DNA of 62,047 bases from a virus (lineage: Duplodnaviria > Caudoviricetes): positions 1 through 62,047 of IMG/VR virus record IMGVR_UViG_3300032239_001225; one strand, given 5' to 3'. A program made the translations under genes and the position numbers. Below, in pieces: positions 11,901 to 22,900 of this stretch. Numbering within the stretch: position 1 is the first letter of the stretch; the number at the start of each line of letters is the position of its first letter. The notes beneath the pieces are model-generated. The model saw only the letters and a list, made by a program, of their open reading frames with translations. It did not search any database and had not been told where the DNA came from.

Positions 11901-14364
11901 TACCCCTTCAAGCGGAGTAATGAGAAGTTTTGTGGAAAATTTTGGTGCAGCAAAAGGAATAACAGGATTAGGTTCTTTATTACCAAAAGGCTCATTACCA
12001 TTTTTAGGATCAACTAGTTCAAAAATTGCAACAAATGCAGCAACTGCTGCAATAATTGGTGCAGCAAAACCATTTGTTGAATCAAAATCTAATTCTTTAT
12101 TGTCAGATTTAAGACCAAAAATAAAAATAACTTCTTCGATTGACGATTTGATGAAAAAAACTGTAAAACCAGGATGGGTAGAATATAATGGTAAAAAAAT
12201 TCCTACTTATACTGGCGGACCATTTGGAGAAAAAACAATAGTTTATCAAGGCGTGGGAGATGATTTTAGTGAACTTCTAAAAAGAGGAAAAGTAGATAGA
12301 GTTATTCCAACAAGTGCAAAAGGTTTATTAGAATACATAGTTTCACAAAAACCAAAAGATAAAAACCTTCAAGCAATGCTTGCTAATTTTGATGTTGGGC
12401 ATACAGCAATGGGTGCACCCGAAACACAATTTTTAACAAAAATGTTAGCTGTAACTAATTTTGCTCCAAAAAAACTTGATTTAAAGGGATTAGTTTCACA
12501 ATTACCAAAAGAATATTTAGATAAAATAAAAGCTAATAATCTTGATATGGGTAAAGACTGGCCTCATAAAACTGTAGACCAATTACCAGAAAATGTCATA
12601 GAAGCTTTACAAAAAATGCAATTAGAAAAAGAATTGCAACAACAAAGAATAAAGGAATTGTGGTATGGGCTTCCTAAATCTGAATTATCAACATCTCAAT
12701 TAGGACTTACTAGGCAGTCAGATACACAAGGTCTTACAACATTAATTAGCTCCATGCTAGGTGATAAAGGTGCAACGGAACAAGTTAATGCAAGATTAAA
12801 AATGATTAGCCCAACTCTTGCTAAAATAGTATCTGCATATAAAAGTAATTTAACAGAAAAAGAACCAAATAACAATTTTGATTTAAGTCAATTGCCAATG
12901 ATTAGATCATTTGATTTTGGAATTAAATATGATAAATATGGAAATATTGCTTCAAATGCACCTGGCTTTGAAATATTTGATAATATATTTAAACCCTATA
13001 ACGGTTTAAGGGGTGGGGATGCAAGAGTAACAGAACATTGGGCTCCTTTTGATGTTGTTCAAAATAGTGTATTTCATTTAAATAGTGGAGCATGGAACAC
13101 ACAAAAACCAGTAGCTGTTACATCTTTAGAAAATTTAATTAAATCAAGCGACCAACCTGCGTTAGAATCGTTAATAGCTGTAGATTCATGGCGTGTACCA
13201 AATTGGTTAAAACAAAATAAAGTACTTAGAAAAAATACTTCTATTATACAACCATATACAACAAAAGAAGCATATGTTAATGCTTTAAAAGAACGTGGAC
13301 TTTATAAAGAAGGTAAGCCATTAAGTCTTTTTACAGAAAATACGAATCCAAATCAAAAAGAAGTGCTTATGTTGTTAAAGAAAAAATATTCAAATTCAGA
13401 TTTAAATGAAATACAAAAACTGTTTGATGAAGATAAATTTTTGCCAAAAATTAAAAGAATAGAAAAATCAGATAGAAATCTTTGGGATATGGAAAATGAT
13501 ATCGTATTTCAAGCTGATGAAAAATATAATAATGCTCATTATACTACTGATAGGTTAATGCAAATGTATTCAAATAGACTTGCACAAAAACAAATTGGAA
13601 TTGATATGCCTTACAAAGAAGTTGTTGGAGGAAGTCAGGGAGTAGGAGAACCATACTTAGGATATATTCGCTCACAACTTGGAATCGCTAATCAAGGATT
13701 ACATCAGGGGACCCCACTTGCTAATTTAGAAACAGAAGGCTTTAGCCTTAAAGGTAGTCCCTATGATTTTGCAAAAATTAGTAACCCATTTGTAACATTA
13801 CTTGACGGAGGGGTTTCAACAAAAAAAGCTGCATTAAGTGCACTTTTGATGCATACTTATTTTGGAAAATTTAGTAGTGATGCTTTACGAGCAGGATGGA
13901 GTGATACAGAAAGTAAAAGAATTGAATCATTAATTTCTGGTTATGTAAGACATGTAACTGCATACAAATATGGTGAAACAAAAATACCACCAATATCTGA
14001 GGAAAAACTTACAGAAGAAATTCAAAAGATTAAAGAAGATTATAAAAATAAACTTTCTACAGGTGGTTATGTTTCTAGCAAAATACAAACTCCAAAATTA
14101 CCTACATATAGTCTTCCTTCATTTGCTGTAGGAACAGATTATGTTCCACATGATATGATTGCTCAAATCCATAAAGGAGAAAGAATTGTACCTGCAAGTG
14201 AAAATAGTGGTACAATGGTAGGACATACCTTTAATATTAATATTGATGGAGCCAGATATACTGATCCAGATAAGCTTGCTAAAATAATTACTGATACTGT
14301 TATTGCAAAGCTTAATGTAAATTCTTCAAAGGTAAATGTAACAAATAGGGTGGGGAGAAACTAA
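5908..14364 (+). CDS. Tape measure protein with large inserted regions
   Basis: 2818 aa after the chaperones; Ala-rich helical N-terminal TMP domain; FADGG...SDSIPA.LSNGE.VV and FAVG...H.GE...P motifs. Confidence 0.92.
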   Translation: MAQVELNIVALGDFSSVNAQIKSLQEQVLLLQKNMAGVGVSSNFAKELASVNAAFRQTMLSTGQFTAATVKMTSETEKFGQALVTGKLKLTDYYNIIKQKNSEAVTQMKALAVEQTKLQNSIVMNDPSKQGILSVYTPTQINKVANATKIATHEANLYAIAVQKGSEQLITWGKNTQWAGRQLTVGMSVPLMIFGQQATKVFTDVNNELVRLQKVYGTGLVQPSKQALDAIKSQVTGLARELASTMGVAAKDTAAMAADLAATGKTGNDLLVATREAMRLSKLGELDTQAAMKATVSLQNVYKLSTQQLSGAIDFLNAVENQTSTSLQDLVDGIPRVGPIVQQLGGSFKDTAVMMVAMKEAGVPAAQSANAIKSAIASLINPTVGAQKAFAAFHINLKDIATSTGGNPIKMIMELQTALKGLQPLAQAQLIEKLFGKFQEARIQALIANLGANNSQTKTAFDLMNANSQQLAAVAAGEMKTATESVTGKYQRSLQTFKANLIPVGQELVKIATKLLDFGNSVGKVFSGLPGPLKSIMGAIAIGIALAGPIIMLTGLFANFAGYVLKGFFNLKQLATGGKTLGQLLTPELIAAENASRLFQSGIAGDVEAVNLLSKAIKDLTLSIESMVGSISTGTGIGRVLQNVATTARTAEQMPLPGFATGKMPSGIVPGTGSGKVDTFPAMLAPGELVVDTETTRKYWPLLSRIVTGKVPGYHEGNYYDTKGNLQALGPHSHTSSSQIDKRSKERITEQSGNAVYVGPQAGNEGSGSIPSVLSGLAGYISRISGLGNKLEQEVTPAVNALAKELEFDPMSANSQRAQISMMHFSPKRTVLPGDDPSKGTRKVWDFPDMAAGSQGDNQLSVYFDATKTTGKKIRPYLMGQAEKARAAMIAEITDPKTGILNENDRKEALKAIEEGFATVTSGGAAITKEAVDLTHRVTDLVVQDIKNKSDNLPEQIVAPEKLDKKGNIKSKRQLTGAGYDILWANETTRRQLSGELPAPSDLTADKWMQEADVSSHPTPAALKGRKELPFVPLMGANANVAETGGQYNFSQLTPEQVAVHQKALDQFIAIEVKAGRTGTQEFKALQDAYKNAMQEFDTQAKTIESEIESIQQRILSEGPNMAAKQLDKLKIQLEEQQNALASIGQVMSNGFATGILGGIPEVEASARRLAQSAIISVARTQKSASKSKVTEQLGFDFGDGYDYGILSTVPQTIIAGETLGKSGIQGLEEGIGASGGSTMLGRITSKIPFMGKMMPKLGNMMNFGLGTAFMIGGQMLASSLPKNSNAAGLASAAATGAGMAAFIPGVGPVGGAAIGLAIAGIKDLIKAGKEQEAQSKATWQSSTAAATFYNRATVDTVNHLKDIKYEETGLFKPVADLANQYKQVNVQLDKFIAMVKSLPSNDPLSLLIKNIKETSDSNAAGKLAQNFVNIQTAIGQIDSAKAKDLVNLILTAGEKGALVGSVNVAKSQIDAVISTLNASSTAGTFGTVLQQITAAAQNTTSLTTFKNIISGIQQSSANSSAGIDAYRISLTKLSDQTLVTKLAAMGYKLADIIKIMTLFQSGAIVNVAGGPAKTIEAINKQIDAQFAKINAATAPLKAQQTATQGQLDNTNNQITALEKKKAIIDKELKTQRDIATEMQRQHDYTVSQIDLQNKQKDAFIHGDYLSAATIGQQKDYATMQFNQQTKAVGLQGQSDLLAQKIADLQASASSLSSSITTLGNKIQTLADTIAKTPVKTGGDVIGVDSGNLGIHAVYPKPNEPGYNPAGMPIYEDKYGNIVDPNTAATIPVNAPKGIDSKGTHNPVEEKGVHKAYSGVPTDLKGGPYPYKDKATGLTYLSNGLVLDKNNKIISQWYRAPEGDNSGSTVVAFADGGHIRGAGTATSDSIPAYLSNGEYVVKADAVSHYGTSFFDSVNAKKFKDGGPTTPNKSLVQKAWDYMIFPQILALDRLNATAAQSDPIASTNKKQYKAWEIAAKNGKGMSVFWQEFLQTLFDTSMLLTPSSGVMRSFVENFGAAKGITGLGSLLPKGSLPFLGSTSSKIATNAATAAIIGAAKPFVESKSNSLLSDLRPKIKITSSIDDLMKKTVKPGWVEYNGKKIPTYTGGPFGEKTIVYQGVGDDFSELLKRGKVDRVIPTSAKGLLEYIVSQKPKDKNLQAMLANFDVGHTAMGAPETQFLTKMLAVTNFAPKKLDLKGLVSQLPKEYLDKIKANNLDMGKDWPHKTVDQLPENVIEALQKMQLEKELQQQRIKELWYGLPKSELSTSQLGLTRQSDTQGLTTLISSMLGDKGATEQVNARLKMISPTLAKIVSAYKSNLTEKEPNNNFDLSQLPMIRSFDFGIKYDKYGNIASNAPGFEIFDNIFKPYNGLRGGDARVTEHWAPFDVVQNSVFHLNSGAWNTQKPVAVTSLENLIKSSDQPALESLIAVDSWRVPNWLKQNKVLRKNTSIIQPYTTKEAYVNALKERGLYKEGKPLSLFTENTNPNQKEVLMLLKKKYSNSDLNEIQKLFDEDKFLPKIKRIEKSDRNLWDMENDIVFQADEKYNNAHYTTDRLMQMYSNRLAQKQIGIDMPYKEVVGGSQGVGEPYLGYIRSQLGIANQGLHQGTPLANLETEGFSLKGSPYDFAKISNPFVTLLDGGVSTKKAALSALLMHTYFGKFSSDALRAGWSDTESKRIESLISGYVRHVTAYKYGETKIPPISEEKLTEEIQKIKEDYKNKLSTGGYVSSKIQTPKLPTYSLPSFAVGTDYVPHDMIAQIHKGERIVPASENSGTMVGHTFNINIDGARYTDPDKLAKIITDTVIAKLNVNSSKVNVTNRVGRN

Positions 14365-14366
14365 AG

Positions 14367-14897
14367 ATGACATATGCAATTCCACAAGGAATACAAGTAT
14401 CTTTAACTGGACAAGATGGATCATGGTATAAACTTTCTGACCATAACCGCCAACCTATTAGCATTACATATACACTTATTGAATCAACAGATAGAATGGC
14501 TAATGGTACATTAAGAAAGTTTGTTGTTGCCCGCAAATTTGTTATATCTGCAAACTGGAAAGATTTGCCATCCATAGACTCAAATGTTGTTGACTATAGT
14601 TCAACTAATTCAAAAATTGGAAAAGCTGGTGCTTGGATTAAAGCATTTTATGAAGGTAATTATGGAAACCCAGTTTATGTAAAGTTGATTTTTGCAAATG
14701 AAGCATCACAAAAAGCGGGATTGCCAACTGGATCATATACAGACTCTCAACATGCAGAATCTTCAAATCAAGTATATACTGCATTTATGACCACATTTAC
14801 TTATGATGTAACAAAGAGAAGACTAGGCCCAATAGTAAATGGCCTTCAAACTGGTTATGACTATGTTGATTTAAAGATAGAATTTACGGAGATCTAA
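14367..14897 (+). CDS. Distal tail (Dit-like) minor tail protein
   Basis: Directly after the tape measure gene; RMANGTLR motif. Confidence 0.6.
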   Translation: MTYAIPQGIQVSLTGQDGSWYKLSDHNRQPISITYTLIESTDRMANGTLRKFVVARKFVISANWKDLPSIDSNVVDYSSTNSKIGKAGAWIKAFYEGNYGNPVYVKLIFANEASQKAGLPTGSYTDSQHAESSNQVYTAFMTTFTYDVTKRRLGPIVNGLQTGYDYVDLKIEFTEI

Positions 14898-17800
14898 TGC
14901 TGCAAGTTGATGGAGTAAGTAATAATTTATTCTTAAATTCAAGTACCATTCAGATGGTTCCCGCAATTTCTGCTGAATGGAATCAAAATTTATTCAATCA
15001 ACCATATTTAACTGTTGCGGGATTAGGAAATAAACAAACTATTACTATAGGTGCAGATTATTATGAAAGACCTGTAATTGATGATGCATCTCATCCAGTA
15101 TTCAACACATATTATTTTCCTACTACAAATGGCTCGGGATCAATAGGGTACGATGTTGTTCCGCAAGGATTTCAATATGCATATAAAATAATAACCTATA
15201 TGATGACAGATAGTGCAACACCTGTAATGGTAAATTCTTATGCACAAGGTGAATTAAATACTCAATATGGTTCAACGGCCATAGACATAAATTCTTTTGG
15301 ATGGACAAAAGTTGAAACATACATTGGGTCAGATGGTAATACTACAATCGGTGATTTTGTTTATAAAATTCAAGTAAATAGATATAGCTCTAGTGATGTA
15401 AGTCCAAAAATATATTACACAGAACCAGAGGTATATGCAACTACATATTTTGACTATCAATATGGATCTTTATGGCCATCACAAAGCCCATTCACTTACT
15501 TCAGACCTGGGGAGTCATATGTTCAATCAGGTAATCAAAAAGCTATATTGCCTACAGGATTAAGATCTGTTAAAACAAAGATACTTAATTCACAAAGTGT
15601 TGATTCAAATGGCAATGTTACAAATCCCCCATCTTTTCCAATGACACCAGTTATAGAGAATCCACAATTTTCTGCTGTATCAGTTCCATCTCCATTTTAT
15701 AAAAATGTTATGCCAAGTGATATGTCTGCATACAAATATTTTGTTTCTGATGTTTACGATACATCAATTTCTGCAATTTACATGGAACCTATAAGTTCTA
15801 ATAAAATAGTTATTAAATTAAATACTATTATGACAATACCAACGGTAAACATATCAATAGATGGAAATATGATATCCGTAAACTCTAGTAATGATATAAC
15901 TCCAGATTCAAATGGATTGATTGTACTTTATGCTACAAAGCATACAGATAATTCTGTAACATGGTCAAAAGATAAATGGTCTACGATGCCAAAATTTAAT
16001 CTTGATGGCACACTTTCAAATTATATACAATTTAGTAAAATAACTGTTACTCAAACATTTGCTACTCCAAATAATGCTTTTTCAGATTATGCATCAAGAA
16101 GTTTTAATGCAGCAGATGATATGCAAAGAATGCACCTCATAGAAGCCTCCCCCAGATTAGAAATTGATTTGTCTGATTATGCTATGGAAGTTTCTATTAA
16201 TAAATCACTTGATAGTAAAAATTCATCTGTTCCAATTTCATCAATTAATACAGATGACGCTTCAATAACATTATCTGCTATTCCAATATTATTATCAGAT
16301 GGCTTGGTTCCGTTATTTTCTAGCCAAAGTAATCTTTCAATAAACGTTCTTTCGTCAATGCTTAGAAAAAATATTAAATTTTATGTTAACTTTAACTTGT
16401 TAGCCAATTTTGACCCAGCTAATGGAACTTTAACAAATGTAAATAAATATATTCCAGGTGGGGTTTACTATTCTGATGTTTGGGATGAAACAGATGTAAA
16501 GACTGTAAAGATACAATGTTATGATGCAACAAGGTATCTTCAAACAATGCCCGTGCCAGATTATGTTGCTAATCTTAAAAGCGTTTTTGACATCATTACA
16601 AACATATTAGATTTGGCGGGATATACGGATTATGACTATGACTCTCTTTATAAAGTTTGTAAAAATGCATCAAGCCCTATGGATCTAGCATACTATTATT
16701 GCAATAGTAAAGATACAACAATATATGATGCCCTTGCTCAAATATTTTTAGCTAATCAAATAGGTGCATATATTGATGAATATAATATAATGAGATTTTT
16801 AAGTCTTTCTCAAATTTTATCTAATAAAACATCTCAATTAACACTTGATGATGCACAAATTATTGAAGGTGGATATCAGATTTCTAACAAAGCTAAACCA
16901 GGAAAGATATCTGTTAGATACCAATCTCCTAAAATTAAACAATCTCCAGCTATACAAAATGCATATAGTTTTGCAGCAAAAGTAGATGGATCTTTTATTT
17001 ACACAACAGCAAATGACGTTGTTTGGACACAGCAAAATATTGATTCAGTTGGATTTAATCATTTAAGTGAAAGTTTTTCAAAAGAAAAAAACCGATATAA
17101 AATTAATATAAATGATTTATTAAACATTTTTCATACATTTTCTTTAAGTAATGATGGTTATGCTTCAATAGAAAATGAAATAGTTTCTTTTCTTTATAAA
17201 GAATATACAATTTCTGATAATCATGGAAGTACTCCAGTAACAGTGTCTGTTAAAAATGATCTTGAACTTCAATCAGAAATAAATAGATACGTTAAGCAAA
17301 ATGAAAGCGGATTGGCATTATCACTTATAGATAATGAAGGTAATCCAGTTTTGCCAAATGCAAATGTTACTGTCACTCCTACTGGCTATATTACAAACGT
17401 TCAAAGAGGATTGTTTGGAACACCTTGCGTAGATCATAATATAATAACAAGTTTAACTCAAAAGGGATTAAAGGAAGCAACTTTAAGTTCTGTTTTTGCT
17501 CTTACTGCTAATGCAAATGGAACAAATACAAAGGTTGTTACTAATAAAGTTAATGATGTCAAATTAAATTCAAATGTACCACAGGTAAGCGAGATACAGA
17601 TTGCAGCAAAAGCAAATAAAAAAACAATAATTTATCCAAATGAAAAAGATCAAGGATATAAAACTTATTCAGCTAAATTTGACATGCATGATTATGAAGT
17701 ACCTTCAGTTGGCTCTGCAGGAATATTCTTTAATGCTCAAGCTGATAGCAATTCTTTTGAAAATTCTTATTTTGTAGAACTTGTTAAATTTGGACAAAGC

Positions 17801-19375
17801 GTAACTTCTCCAACATATAAATTCCTTTTAGTTATTTCTCAAGTTGTCGGCGGTGTTTCAAAAGTTATTGCTTTTAGTGATGTAACAAGTATTGCTTATT
17901 CAGTTATTGCAAGTTTTGAAAAAATACTTTATCAGGCCCCAAATACATCAAGCACAGTAACTCAACAAAGTGTAGATAAATTAGTTTTTGATAAAAATAA
18001 TAACCGCATGATGGATCAATTAGATATGTTGCTAGTCTATGGAATATCTAAGGGAATGTATGTACAAGGGCATGGTATTGCTGAAAATACAAAAGTATCT
18101 TCAATATCTGGAAATAGAATTACTTTAGATAAATTAGTTTCTTCAAGCACAAAGGTTGATGATATACTTACTTTTTCACCATATACATATCAAACAACAT
18201 CTGATCAAACATTTAATTTAAAAATAAATCACTACTACAGTGATCCAACTACTAAAAATAATGGTGAAGATGACGGAGAATTAATTGAAGTTTTCATTAA
18301 CAATATTGAAATTCTTGGATGGCAAGTTCCAAGCGTTGTAGATGCAGCATCTCGATACGAATTATACTATGGCTGGAAATCAACTGGTCGCAATAAAATT
18401 ACAGGTTTAAGAAAAAAAGTTGTTATAAAACCAAATTCAGCACTTGATACATCTTCAACTAATTTTGGATTCTTTATGTCCACCTCACCAACTCCAGTAG
18501 CAACTACTGTAGTCGCATATAATAATTCCTTTTTAGAATCAACTCAGCATCCAATATTCACATACCCATCAAGTACAGATAAAATAGTAGGAAACCTTAG
18601 AGAGATATATGCTTCAGAAAAATTGTTAAATGAAAGAAGTGTAAATTATTGGTTCCAAGATCGTGAATTTTTAAATGGTCTTGTGCAAGGACAAAATATT
18701 TTTTCAAAGTATAAAACGTATATGATGCAGACTAATCCAGAAGTTTTAGGAATTAATTATTATGATGTTCAGTATACAACACCTGCTGCAGTTTCAGTTG
18801 ATGTTTTACCTGTTGAGTACCTTTGGTATTATTTTCCAGGAAACGAAACTCAAGATCAAAAATTTTATCAGACCCAGCTAGTAGATGAATATTCACTTGC
18901 ATACTCTACTCCAATCAACACAGGGTTTAGGGCAAAAATGGCAATTGCAAATAATTCATCTCACATGGTTTATTTAAAGAAAGATTCCGATTCTTTAAAT
19001 CAATTTACAATTAATCTCAACTTATGGACTCACGAAATTGTTGCACAATCAGATCCACAAATTATTGAAAAAATTATTGATCAATCAAACATAGCAGAAG
19101 TTATTCAGCTTGATTCACAATGGATACAGTCAAAAGATGCTGCAAATAAACTTCTTGCAACTGTAGAAAAAGGAATAGAAGGTTTTTCAAAAGATACTTC
19201 AATTCAAATATTTGGAAACCCCTTGGTGCAAGTTGGAGATGTTTTGACATTGACGTACAAATTGGCGGGATTAAAGCAGCAAAAGTACATAGTACACTCA
19301 GTATCTCAAACTTTTAATCAAGGCTTAAAAACCACATTAGTACTAAATATGCTAGACAAAGGCATAACATACTAA
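14897..19375 (+). CDS. Baseplate hub/large minor tail protein
   Basis: 1492 aa; C-terminal FGNPLVQVGD.L hub-like motif; position. Confidence 0.65.
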   Translation: MLQVDGVSNNLFLNSSTIQMVPAISAEWNQNLFNQPYLTVAGLGNKQTITIGADYYERPVIDDASHPVFNTYYFPTTNGSGSIGYDVVPQGFQYAYKIITYMMTDSATPVMVNSYAQGELNTQYGSTAIDINSFGWTKVETYIGSDGNTTIGDFVYKIQVNRYSSSDVSPKIYYTEPEVYATTYFDYQYGSLWPSQSPFTYFRPGESYVQSGNQKAILPTGLRSVKTKILNSQSVDSNGNVTNPPSFPMTPVIENPQFSAVSVPSPFYKNVMPSDMSAYKYFVSDVYDTSISAIYMEPISSNKIVIKLNTIMTIPTVNISIDGNMISVNSSNDITPDSNGLIVLYATKHTDNSVTWSKDKWSTMPKFNLDGTLSNYIQFSKITVTQTFATPNNAFSDYASRSFNAADDMQRMHLIEASPRLEIDLSDYAMEVSINKSLDSKNSSVPISSINTDDASITLSAIPILLSDGLVPLFSSQSNLSINVLSSMLRKNIKFYVNFNLLANFDPANGTLTNVNKYIPGGVYYSDVWDETDVKTVKIQCYDATRYLQTMPVPDYVANLKSVFDIITNILDLAGYTDYDYDSLYKVCKNASSPMDLAYYYCNSKDTTIYDALAQIFLANQIGAYIDEYNIMRFLSLSQILSNKTSQLTLDDAQIIEGGYQISNKAKPGKISVRYQSPKIKQSPAIQNAYSFAAKVDGSFIYTTANDVVWTQQNIDSVGFNHLSESFSKEKNRYKININDLLNIFHTFSLSNDGYASIENEIVSFLYKEYTISDNHGSTPVTVSVKNDLELQSEINRYVKQNESGLALSLIDNEGNPVLPNANVTVTPTGYITNVQRGLFGTPCVDHNIITSLTQKGLKEATLSSVFALTANANGTNTKVVTNKVNDVKLNSNVPQVSEIQIAAKANKKTIIYPNEKDQGYKTYSAKFDMHDYEVPSVGSAGIFFNAQADSNSFENSYFVELVKFGQSVTSPTYKFLLVISQVVGGVSKVIAFSDVTSIAYSVIASFEKILYQAPNTSSTVTQQSVDKLVFDKNNNRMMDQLDMLLVYGISKGMYVQGHGIAENTKVSSISGNRITLDKLVSSSTKVDDILTFSPYTYQTTSDQTFNLKINHYYSDPTTKNNGEDDGELIEVFINNIEILGWQVPSVVDAASRYELYYGWKSTGRNKITGLRKKVVIKPNSALDTSSTNFGFFMSTSPTPVATTVVAYNNSFLESTQHPIFTYPSSTDKIVGNLREIYASEKLLNERSVNYWFQDREFLNGLVQGQNIFSKYKTYMMQTNPEVLGINYYDVQYTTPAAVSVDVLPVEYLWYYFPGNETQDQKFYQTQLVDEYSLAYSTPINTGFRAKMAIANNSSHMVYLKKDSDSLNQFTINLNLWTHEIVAQSDPQIIEKIIDQSNIAEVIQLDSQWIQSKDAANKLLATVEKGIEGFSKDTSIQIFGNPLVQVGDVLTLTYKLAGLKQQKYIVHSVSQTFNQGLKTTLVLNMLDKGITY

Positions 19376-19387
19376 AAGTACAAATAA

Positions 19388-19396
19388 TGGTATAAT
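19388..19396 (+). promoter_or_regulatory. Extended -10 promoter (TGgTATAAT)
   Basis: Consensus match in the intergenic gap before 19423. Confidence 0.55.
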
Positions 19397-19422
19397 CTTT
19401 ATATAAACAAAAGGGGAAAATC

Positions 19423-19947
19423 ATGGCTTATATTAAAATATCAGATCCATCAATTATAGATCTTGCAGCATGGCAGCAAGTAATTAATGTGGTCAACCAA
19501 CATAGTGATAGTATTCTTGCTATAACCAACAATTTTGGTTCAGCAGGAGCAGCAGATTATACACTTCCAGATGTCCCGCACCTTTACGACCTAGGCTCAA
19601 ATAGCATCATATTTGGAAGGGCAACAGTAAAAGTAACAGCAGATAACCTTTCATCTGGTGCTTATACTGGAACAGTAACCTTTGCAAATACTACATATGG
19701 AATTAACTCTTTTTCAAATACACCAGTTGTTACTGCAACAATTCAAAATCCTTCAGATACAGCAAATGATGACTTAGTTGTTTCTGTTTATGGCGTTCAA
19801 GCAACACAATTTTCTTATAAAGTATATAGAACTCGTCAAGGATTAGCAACATTAAATGGCACTAAAAATGGAGTAACAAATGTAGTTTCTCCAAGTGCTC
19901 CAACAGGAACTTTTTATATAAATTGGACAGCAATAGGCCCTAAGTAA
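19423..19947 (+). CDS. Minor tail protein with H-type lectin-like C-terminal domain
   Basis: F...P.V.AT ... INW.AIG pattern. Confidence 0.55.
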   Translation: MAYIKISDPSIIDLAAWQQVINVVNQHSDSILAITNNFGSAGAADYTLPDVPHLYDLGSNSIIFGRATVKVTADNLSSGAYTGTVTFANTTYGINSFSNTPVVTATIQNPSDTANDDLVVSVYGVQATQFSYKVYRTRQGLATLNGTKNGVTNVVSPSAPTGTFYINWTAIGPK

Positions 19948-19961
19948 ACTGGAGGAGTGTA

Positions 19962-22900
19962 ATGGTAAAAAGAAATTCTCAATATACATCTGAATACCAA
20001 TCACCAAACTCTGTAGGTAAAAGACAGACCGTACCTATAGATGCTAATGATCCACGTCTTCGTTGGGATAAAATAGGTCAAACAAAAGCTAGACTAGGTG
20101 CAGAATTAGATATAGTTGATTTTTCTGGAAAAGCTTTGACTGCTTCACTTACTGGATTGAGCATAACAAATTTAGTAGTTCAAGAACAAGTTGCAAATTT
20201 AAATGTCTCAAGCTCAACAAGTTCTATTGCAGATAAGTTAACATCCTCATCAATATATCCATCGGATATTTCAAATCTTGCAGCATCCTGGGTGGGAACA
20301 ACTTTACGCATAACTTGGAATTTTGACACAACACTGCTTGAAAATAAATATTTCACTAATTTTTCAATTAAATTTACTATATCTGGAATAGATTATATTA
20401 TAAAGAGTTTTGTTGTAAATACGACTGGCACATCTCAATCTTATGATTTTACTTTAACTGCAAATGAATCTATGTTTGGTTTTTTTCAAACATCTTTTGA
20501 TTTAGTTTCTGTAGCTCCAGAAGATTCATTTAATAATATTGGTAATTATGCAAGTATTGTTCCGCCAGTCTATAAAAATTCTTTACCTGCACCAATAATT
20601 ACTGTAACATCAATGAATGAAGGATATACTGTTGCATGGACACCAATAACAGATATAACATTAAATTATATATCTATAGAAGAATATATATCAGCAGATA
20701 ATGTAAATATACCTACGGGAAATTATAAGCAAGTATATTTGGATAGCGTTAATCCAGCGGTTGTTTTAACATCTACAACAGAAGGTAGATGGGTAAAAGC
20801 TAGGTTTACAGATAAAGCGGGAACTTATGGAGAATACTGTACTGCTGTTTATATAACACCAACTGCAACTGTTGCAGTAAATACAACTCCTCCAAATGCT
20901 GTAACTTACGTATCAGCAGTATGGAGCGGTAACGATATTGTTATTTCATATACCCTTCCATCAACTTTAGCAGGATCATACTTTCAAGTAACATTAACTC
21001 CGTTTACTGGAATAAATGGATATTTCTATGTATACCCAGATGGAACATCTAACTTAAATCAGACAACAATAATTAGAAAAGCAGATATATTTGCACAATT
21101 TGGAAGATACTATTCATCATTTTCATCTGCTCTATTTACAAGCTTCTCTAGTATTGGAATTAAAGATCCTAATGGAGTAGCATTTTCTGTTGATCAAAGA
21201 ACAAATCCATTTGTTATAAATGGAGTGAGGTTAGTTCCAACTTTTACACTTACTGGAATTGTTAACGGATATTCTGCAACATTTAATTTGCCATCATATG
21301 CTACTTACGCAGAGGTTTATCAAAAATATACAAGTTGGTCTGGTATTACCGTACCTAATGATGCATTTACTGGAACATATTCTTCAGGAGGATCCAGCGG
21401 TACAGCAACAATTACTTTAACAAACATTAAAGATAATGATGGTGTTGCACTGTCACCAATTCCAACAGGATATATTATAACTGGAACGGGAATTCCAAAC
21501 AATACCTACATTGCATCTGTAAGTGGAAATACTATAACATTAAGCAATAATCTAACTACACAAGCATCAGGCACATATTCTGCACAAGGACTAGTATATT
21601 CTGGGATTGGACCAGCCAACATACCTTCAACTTTATATCAAAATACTTATATAATTGTTAGATACTATGATGATTTTGATAATTCTTCAGCAATTTCTGC
21701 AGAACAAATTGTTATACCATATCAGCCTACAACAGTAGATGTTGTTGGTCCCCCAAATGTTTTAAGTACTGGATTATCAACTACAAGCGGTATTGATTTA
21801 AGTGGCACATTAGGTTTTAATGGATATATAAATCTTTCATGGGCTGCAGTTACAGATTCACAATTGCGTGGATATAGAATTAGATTTACAACAGATGCCG
21901 TAAGTCCAGTTTATTCTTATGTTGATTATCCAATTGATCAATCAAATCCGCCAACAGGAACTCTATCTTATAAGTTGACGGGACTTGCGGTAGGTGCTAC
22001 ATATAAAATAGCTGTAGCAACATATGATCAATATAACAATTTATCTACAGGATTTACATCTTTTACAGATGCAACAATTACTGGATCTCCCGCCATAAGC
22101 AATTATATATCAGCTGGTAATTTTCAATTTGGACAAGGCGTAGATCCAGACAATGCAACTGGAATAACTGGAACAAAGCGTGGACTATATTTTAATAGTA
22201 GTAATTATTGGTTTTTAAATTCATCCAATAGTGCAAGACTTAAAGTTGGTGGTAGCACATCTAATTATCTTTTATGGGATGGATCAAATTTTACTATTGA
22301 TGGAAACATATCTGCAAGAGGTGGATCATTCCAAGGTAACGTTGCATTAACTGCATCAGGAGCATCTATTTATAGTGGAGATGTTACAACAAGTGCTGGT
22401 AATTTAACTGGCGATGGATTTATATTAAATAGTGGCGGTTTGTTAATAAGAAAAGGCACTAACCAAGTTTCATTAGACACAACAACTGGTGGAATAAATG
22501 CTAACTATGGTTCCATAGCTGGATGGGATATAACTTCTGCAAAGATTGAAAAGTTAGCATCAACAAAATATGCTGGCCTTTCTCCAAGTGGGACATATGC
22601 TTTTTGGGCGGGAAGTACAGTATCTGGTGGAGATACAACTCAATTTGCAGTAGATCGCACAGGTAAGGTATATGCAACATCTATGCAAATATCTGGTGGT
22701 GCTTTAGATATAGGTGCAACATCTTCAAATCTAACATCGGGTTTTCACGTAACAGCTGCAGGTAAAATGTATGCAGATGGTGCACAAATTACAGGTACAC
22801 TATCTGTAACTGGAGATTCAACATTTAAATCAAATATTCAGTTATGGACAGATAATACAACTTACGGATCTATATATGGCGGTGCATCACCAACATCTGG

